Assembly (NCBI RefSeq): GCF_000934605.2 | Contig: NZ_CP010897.2 | Span: 3,084,437 to 3,116,436, forward strand | Source: Pandoraea vervacti | GTDB taxonomy: Bacteria > Pseudomonadota > Gammaproteobacteria > Burkholderiales > Burkholderiaceae | Length of the DNA: 32,000 nucleotides | Direction: 5' to 3' | Shown: positions 27,202-32,000 of the stretch, piece after piece | Position numbering within the stretch: position 1 is the stretch's first letter | How the letters are laid out: each line of letters starts with the position of its first letter | Notes under the pieces: model-generated | What the model saw: only the letters and a program-made list of their open reading frames with translations | The model's database searches: none | Told to the model about the DNA's origin: nothing | Program-made: the position numbers and the translations under genes

Positions 27202-28430
27202 TGAACCGTGTCGTAGTGACTGGCTTCGGCGGCATCACCGCGCTCGGTAGCCGCTGGGAGGACATCGAGACTGCATTACGCGCTGGACAGAATGCCGTTC
27301 GCCGAATGCCCGAGTGGGACTATTTCGAGATGCTCAACGGCCGTCTTGCGTGTCCGGTGGAAGATTTCGCCCCGCCGCCCCACTGGCCGCGCAAACAGTT
27401 GCGCTCCATGGGGCGAGTGGCACAGTTGTCGCTACGGGCAACGGAGCATGCGCTGGCGAGCGCCGGACTCGACATCCACACGTGCGCTCCCGAAGATATT
27501 GGCGTGGCCTACGGCTCGTCATCGGGGAGCATCGCGCCAATTCACGCATTCGGCGTCATGGTCGACACCGGTTCGATGGCTGGGGTGACGTCGACCAGCT
27601 ATATCCAGATGATGCCGCACACGACGGCTGTGAATATCGGCGTGCACTTCGGCCTTCAAGGCCGCATTATCCCCACGTCAAGCGCCTGCACCTCAGGCAG
27701 CCAGGCGATCGGTTACGCCTATGAGGCCATTCGTTTTGGCCGCGTGAAGGCCATGCTCGCCGGCGGCGCCGAAGAGTTGTCCGGCCCCGGCAGCGCCGTT
27801 TTCGACACGCTTTACGCGACAAGCACGCGCAACGACGAGCCCAAGCTCACGCCTCGTCCGTTCGACGTGGCGCGCGACGGTCTTGTCGTTGGAGAAGGCG
27901 CCGCAACGCTTGTCATGGAATCGCTCGAACACGCAAAAGCGCGCGGCGCCACGATTCTCGCGGAGATCGTGGGTTTCGGCTGCACATCGGATGGCAATCA
28001 CGTCACCCAGCCAACCTCGGCGACGATGGCGCGCGCCATGGAACTGGCGCTCGCCGACGCCAACCTTCGTCCCGACGACATCAGCTACATCAGCGCCCAT
28101 GGCACCGCGACCGATCGCGGCGATGTCGCCGAAAGTGAAGCCACGTTCGGCCTCTTCGGTTCGAACGTACCGATCAGCGCGATGAAAAGCTATCTTGGCC
28201 ACACGCTCGGCGCCTGTGGCGCGATCGAAGCATGGTGGGCCATCGAGATGATGCGTCGGAACTGGTTCGCCGGCACGCTCAACCTGGAATCGCCGGACCC
28301 GGCATGCGCGGCGCTCGATCATATCGCCGGCGCACAAGGCCGGGCGCTTGAGGCCCGACGCATCATGAGCAATAACTTCGCCTTTGGTGGCATCAATACG
28401 TCTTTGATTTTTGAGCAGTTTGTTGATTGA
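27201..28430 (+). CDS. apeR: beta-ketoacyl-ACP synthase (second KS, Cys-His-His)
   Basis: IPTSSACTSGSQAIGYA (Cys), ISAHGTATDRGDVAE (His), KSYLGHTLGACG (His). TGATG junction with the reductase gene. Confidence 0.85.
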   Translation: MNRVVVTGFGGITALGSRWEDIETALRAGQNAVRRMPEWDYFEMLNGRLACPVEDFAPPPHWPRKQLRSMGRVAQLSLRATEHALASAGLDIHTCAPEDIGVAYGSSSGSIAPIHAFGVMVDTGSMAGVTSTSYIQMMPHTTAVNIGVHFGLQGRIIPTSSACTSGSQAIGYAYEAIRFGRVKAMLAGGAEELSGPGSAVFDTLYATSTRNDEPKLTPRPFDVARDGLVVGEGAATLVMESLEHAKARGATILAEIVGFGCTSDGNHVTQPTSATMARAMELALADANLRPDDISYISAHGTATDRGDVAESEATFGLFGSNVPISAMKSYLGHTLGACGAIEAWWAIEMMRRNWFAGTLNLESPDPACAALDHIAGAQGRALEARRIMSNNFAFGGINTSLIFEQFVD

Positions 28431-28536
28431 AACAACGTTGTCGCACCACGTTGCACCCCGAACACCGCGTGCTCCCTGCGCCGCCAACTCGGCACAGCGG
28501 GGACGTGCGGTGCCACATCAAAAAAACGGAGAAAAC

Positions 28537-29019
28537 ATGAAGACTCGTCGACGCTTGCTCATCGCCTCGCTGTGCGCGACCGCCACGGCCCTGATCGGAA
28601 CGACCGCCCAGGCCGCACGTCCGGCAGTGCCGATCGTGCCACACGACAATATCGCGATCATCTCGGGTAGCGGAAAAACGCCCTCATTGGACGACGTGCG
28701 AGGCGCCATCGCACGAGGCGCCGCGGTCCATGACTGGACCGTCAGCCTGGTCAAGCCCGGCGAGATGGTTGCATCCATCAACGTGCGCAACAAGCACTAT
28801 GCGTCGGTCATGATCAAATACACCGAAACCGCGTACTCGGTGACGTACCGCGACAGTACGAATCTTGAATATCAGCTCTCCGGCACGAACGCCGCGCCGA
28901 CGCGCCGCGACGATCTCAATTCGGCACTGCCTCCCAACACCCCGATGATCCACCCGAACTACAACCGGTGGGTCGAGACACTCATCCACGATATCAATTC
29001 GGAAATCCGTCGCCTCTAA
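28537..29019 (+). CDS. Sec-secreted protein of unknown function
   Basis: ATG 28537 is preceded by ACGGAGAAAAC. Signal peptide MKTRRRLLIASLCATATALIGTTAQA-A (AxA site; not a lipobox). Mature ~133 aa with NVRNKHYASVMIKYTETAYSVTYRDSTNLEY and IHPNYNRWVETLIHDINSEI. No catalytic motif recognised. The ORF-track start at 28411 overlaps the apeR 3' end. Confidence 0.6.
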   Translation: MKTRRRLLIASLCATATALIGTTAQAARPAVPIVPHDNIAIISGSGKTPSLDDVRGAIARGAAVHDWTVSLVKPGEMVASINVRNKHYASVMIKYTETAYSVTYRDSTNLEYQLSGTNAAPTRRDDLNSALPPNTPMIHPNYNRWVETLIHDINSEIRRL

Positions 29020-30266
29020 TGACGCCCTTTCATCGCGCCGACGGTTTGCACCGGGTTGTCGTCACCGGGATCGGGATGGTGTCCGCCGCAGGTCACTCGC
29101 GCGGCGCCATTGTCGATGCGTTGCTCCGCCAAAAAAGCGGGGTGCACGAAGCGCCTGATTACGTTGCACATGGGTTGCGCTCGACCGTCACGGGGCGACC
29201 GCATGCCGGGACGCTGGACGACGCGGCCATACCGCGCAAGCTTCGACGCTTCATGGGCGATACGGCGAGCTATGCGTGTCATGCCGCAATCCAGGCGATC
29301 GCGCAGGCCGAACTCGATGCCGAGATACTGGCCAATGGCCGCTGCGGGGTCGTGGTTGGCTCCGGGACCGGCGCGATGAAAGATTTTGAGCAGGCGCTCG
29401 ACACCGCGCGTGAAAGCGGCGCTTCGCGTGTGCTGCCCTACGTGGTGCCGCGAGCCATGTCGAGCACTGCTCAGGCAGCGATCGCCGCACTGTTCGACCT
29501 GCGCGGCGTCGGTTATGCAATTTCGTCCGCGTGTTCGACGTCAATCCACTGTGTCGGACATGCCGTCGACCTGCTCCGGCTCGGGCGGCAAGACGTCATG
29601 CTCGCCGGTGGCAGCGAGGAGGCTCCGTGGGGAGCCGCTCTGTGCTTCGATGCAATGGGTGTATTGTCTCGTGCGCACAACGGCCGCCCTGCGGGCGCCT
29701 CACGCCCCTTCGATGCAGCCCGCGACGGGTTTGTCCTGGGGGGCGGCGCCGGCATTCTGGTACTCGAAACCCTTGCACATGCGACTGCGCGGGGGGCGCG
29801 GCCGCTCGCCGAAATTACCGGCATGGGCGCGGCAATGTGTGCCTCTCGTGCCTTCGCAGTGGACCTCGCCACGATGTGCGGCGTCGTTCGGGACGCTTGC
29901 GCCGACCTTCCCGCCCCGCCAACATTTATCAGCGCACATGCAAACGGTTCGGTCGATGGCGACATCGCGGAACTGGAGGCACTCGCGCATGCACTGGGCG
30001 GCCCTTCCGAGCTTCCCGGCATCACTTCGATCAAGGCGCTGACAGGACATACGGTGGCCGCCGCAGGTGCGATGCAAATCGCATGCGCCATCTGGGCCAT
30101 GCAGGAAAACGTTGTACCCGGTGCCGCCAACGTCGAGCAGATGGACGCGCGCGCGTCGGCGTTCCCGGTTCTTACCGACACACGCGAGTACAGGGTAGAT
30201 AGCGTGCTCGTCAATACCTTCGGCTTTGGCGGCACCTACGCGGCATTAACGTTGACGCGTATGTGA
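29019..30266 (+). CDS. FabB-like (KAS I-type) beta-ketoacyl-ACP synthase, third KS of the cluster
   Basis: ATG 29019 (TAATG junction). YAISSACSTSIHCVGHAVDLLRLGRQDVMLAGGSEE, FDAMGVLS, ASRPFDAARDGFVLGGGAG and KALTGHTVAAAG track E. coli FabB closely as I recall it. The first catalytic-His segment reads ISAHANGSVDGD rather than the usual H-G-T-[SG]-T. Confidence 0.8.
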   Translation: MTPFHRADGLHRVVVTGIGMVSAAGHSRGAIVDALLRQKSGVHEAPDYVAHGLRSTVTGRPHAGTLDDAAIPRKLRRFMGDTASYACHAAIQAIAQAELDAEILANGRCGVVVGSGTGAMKDFEQALDTARESGASRVLPYVVPRAMSSTAQAAIAALFDLRGVGYAISSACSTSIHCVGHAVDLLRLGRQDVMLAGGSEEAPWGAALCFDAMGVLSRAHNGRPAGASRPFDAARDGFVLGGGAGILVLETLAHATARGARPLAEITGMGAAMCASRAFAVDLATMCGVVRDACADLPAPPTFISAHANGSVDGDIAELEALAHALGGPSELPGITSIKALTGHTVAAAGAMQIACAIWAMQENVVPGAANVEQMDARASAFPVLTDTREYRVDSVLVNTFGFGGTYAALTLTRM

Positions 30267-31025
30267 TTCGCCAACCCCGGCGCACCAGGCCAGCGGCTTT
30301 CGGGCGACAACGTTTACCAAAGTCTCTTCGCGTTCACCGAACGCCGGACGGCGCCGAAGTCCCATGCGTTCGAACAGCCCGAAGTCCCTGGCGCGGCTCC
30401 ACCACAGGTATGGGTAGGACACATTCTCGGCATCGAAAGTGAAGCCCGCCTCACGAATCATTGCAAGATAACCTTCCGCACTACGCTGCACATGCATGGG
30501 GTGGCGAAACAGCAGCCGAATCACCCATGATCGGATATAAGCCTCCGTGGACTCGGCAAAGCACAAGAGGCCACCGGGTCTCAGCACGCGGTAAAACTCG
30601 GCAAGGGCAGCTTCCTGGTAGACGAGATGGTGGAACGTCTGGTGACAGAAGACGATGTCGCAACTGGCGTCCGGCATTGGAATATCGGAGCAGTCTCCCG
30701 GCATCAATTCGACCGACGTCCCTGTGGCACGCGCATGCCCTTGCGCATCGGCCAGCGCCGGGGCGAAGCAATCGAAGCCAATTAAGCGCGAAGGGGAAAA
30801 ATATCGTGCAAGCAGCGGGAGCGACTGTCCGTGCCCGCATCCGGCATCGAGCACCACGGGGGCTTCCGGGACCGCCCCGTGCGAGAGCCGCAGCAGATCT
30901 TCGATAGCGACGCGCAGCACGTGATGCCGCCACGTGTACGTTTTCAGAAACCAGTTCCCGAACCGGGTTTCGGGAACGAATGCCTTTGCACGGAAATCGG
31001 CTGACGGCTTGGCAGCAGTGGTCAC
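30246..31025 (-). CDS. apeB: class I SAM-dependent methyltransferase
   Basis: VVLDAGCGHGQS (motif I) and VFCHQTFHHL. Apparent GTG start at 31025, with no in-frame ATG nearby. The 3' end overlaps the convergent KS gene by 21 bp. Confidence 0.75.
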   Translation of the reverse strand: MTTAAKPSADFRAKAFVPETRFGNWFLKTYTWRHHVLRVAIEDLLRLSHGAVPEAPVVLDAGCGHGQSLPLLARYFSPSRLIGFDCFAPALADAQGHARATGTSVELMPGDCSDIPMPDASCDIVFCHQTFHHLVYQEAALAEFYRVLRPGGLLCFAESTEAYIRSWVIRLLFRHPMHVQRSAEGYLAMIREAGFTFDAENVSYPYLWWSRARDFGLFERMGLRRRPAFGEREETLVNVVARKPLAWCAGVGESHTRQR

Positions 31026-31076
31026 AATAACGGGTACCGCTCAGGCGGCTTATCTGGTCGATATCCCGTTATTGTG
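31023..31076 (-). promoter_or_regulatory. perfect 12-bp inverted repeat (cacaataacggg / cccgttattgtg, 30-nt spacer) covering the methyltransferase start codon
   Basis: Read directly. Arms are at 31023-31034 and 31065-31076. On the minus-strand RNA the 3' arm ends exactly with the GTG start. Confidence 0.55.
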
Positions 31077-31100
31077 CCAACTGTGCCAATCCATGCAAAG

Positions 31101-31136
31101 CAAATAAAACACAATACTCCTGAAATTCAGGGGTAC
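31101..31136 (-). terminator. candidate rho-independent terminator of the oxidoreductase gene
   Basis: Minus-strand tacccctg-aattt-caggagta forms an 8-bp stem with one C:A mismatch. It is followed by ttgtgttttatttg and lies ~25 nt after the stop at 31162. Confidence 0.4.
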
Positions 31137-31161
31137 TCGCTAAGGTGTCCGGATCTGAGCG

Positions 31162-32000
31162 TCACACCAACCGCACAATCTGCTTACCGAAGTTCTCGCC
31201 CTTGAGCAGTCCGAGGAACGCGGCCGGTGCGCTTTCGATACCTTGTGTCATCGACTCGCGATACCGCAACTCGCCTGCCGCAATGGCGTCGGTCAGTTCC
31301 TTTAGCGCTTGGGGCCAGACGTCAAGATGCTCGGTCACGATGAAACCTTCGAGCTTGACTCGCTGGGTCAGCAGCAGCGACGGGTACTTCAGCGGAATCG
31401 GTTCACCGTTGTAGCCTGCGATCATGCCGCACAGCGCAATTCGTGAATGCGCGTTCATATTGCGCAATACGGCGTCGAAGATCTCGCCCCCCACGTTTTC
31501 GAAATATCCGTCGATGCCGTCCGGCGCGGCGTCGCGTAACGCCTCGAAGACGTTGCCCGCCTTGTAGTCGATGCACGCATCGAATCCGAGCGTCTCGCGC
31601 ACATAAGTACATTTCTGCTCGCCGCCGGCGATGCCGACGACGCGGCACCCCGCACGCTTGGCGAGTTGCCCCACCACGCTCCCGACCGCGCCCGACGCCG
31701 CGCTGACCGCAACCGTTTCCCCCGCTTTGGGCGCAATGATCCGATTCAGGCCGTACCAACCCGTGACACCGGGCATACCGGCCGCGCCGAGGTATACGCT
31801 CATCGGCACGCGGGTGTCATGAAGCTTGCGCAGGTTACTTCCGTCGGAAATGCCATACTCCTGCCAGCCGAACATGGCCGTCACCGCGTCCCCCGGCTGC
31901 CAGTCCGGATGACGCGATTCGATCACCTCGCCCACCGTGGCGCCGATCATGACCGTATCGAGCGGCTGCGGTGGCGCATACGACTTCGTGTCGCTCATCC
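31162..32000 (-). CDS. NADP-dependent oxidoreductase, MDR superfamily, alkenal/one (double-bond) reductase type (YncB/CurA/PTGR1-like); partial, N-terminus beyond window end
   Basis: AASGAVGSVVGQLAKRAGCRVVGIAGG (nucleotide-binding), GIDGYFENVGG, and the C-terminal GLLKGENFGKQIVRL typical of this subfamily. The ORF-track Met at 31998 is probably internal because the family N-terminal ~50 aa are missing. Confidence 0.8.
   Translation of the reverse strand, partial: MSDTKSYAPPQPLDTVMIGATVGEVIESRHPDWQPGDAVTAMFGWQEYGISDGSNLRKLHDTRVPMSVYLGAAGMPGVTGWYGLNRIIAPKAGETVAVSAASGAVGSVVGQLAKRAGCRVVGIAGGEQKCTYVRETLGFDACIDYKAGNVFEALRDAAPDGIDGYFENVGGEIFDAVLRNMNAHSRIALCGMIAGYNGEPIPLKYPSLLLTQRVKLEGFIVTEHLDVWPQALKELTDAIAAGELRYRESMTQGIESAPAAFLGLLKGENFGKQIVRLV

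Noticed and set aside
31073-31095. Duplicated TGGCAC (minus strand) resembling a sigma-54 -24 element upstream of the methyltransferase
   Set aside because: The GG-to-GC spacing is 8 nt rather than the required 10, and no TTGC -12 element is in register. No enhancer-binding protein gene is nearby.
12689-31161. Calling the cluster a horizontally acquired genomic island
   Set aside because: No integrase, transposase, tRNA/tmRNA attachment site, flanking direct repeats or obvious GC shift across the coding part. Only the upstream leader is AT-rich. Acquisition cannot be argued from this window alone.

Overview
High-GC betaproteobacterial (Burkholderiaceae-like) chromosomal segment; the taxon is an inference from composition and gene order.

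**1-12.7 kb: mostly housekeeping.**
- A partial PepSY-TM/flavodoxin/FAD-reductase fusion gene lies on the minus strand. It is absent from the supplied ORF track and has a Fur-box-like site upstream.
- Then otsBA, a crotonase-family gene and an ankyrin-repeat lipoprotein.
- Then the mltG-tmk-holB-TatD-family operon (minus strand), ygfZ, a DUF4936-like gene and an NRDE-family gene.

**13.2-31.0 kb: one accessory system.** A ~500-bp, partly AT-rich non-coding leader precedes it. It is an ~18-kb operon joined almost throughout by overlapping stop/start codons, plus a convergent methyltransferase. Domain for domain and in order it matches the aryl-polyene (APE) type II PKS / lipid-anchoring / export cluster (apeC-D-E-F-G-H-I-J-K-L-M-O-P-Q-R, apeB).

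Departures from the characterised enterobacterial cluster:
- An MIO-type aromatic amino acid ammonia-lyase sits between apeJ and apeK. Its substrate-selectivity dyad is Tyr-His, which is not canonical.
- The adenylating enzyme and the ApeI-type dehydratase are one polypeptide.
- No DUF3261/apeN gene lies between the exporter and apeO.
- A terminal two-gene module (Sec-secreted protein of unknown function plus a divergent FabB-like third ketosynthase) follows the only real intergenic gap.
- The methyltransferase is inverted. Its GTG start is buried in a perfect 12-bp stem.

**Other points.**
- The window ends in a partial alkenal/one-reductase-type NADP oxidoreductase gene.
- Short 9-bp tandem repeats (VNTR-like) occur at several loci, including in-frame inside the NRDE gene.
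- No rRNA, tRNA, CRISPR array, transposase or integrase was recognised.
- All homology statements come from motif recognition by eye, not database searches.
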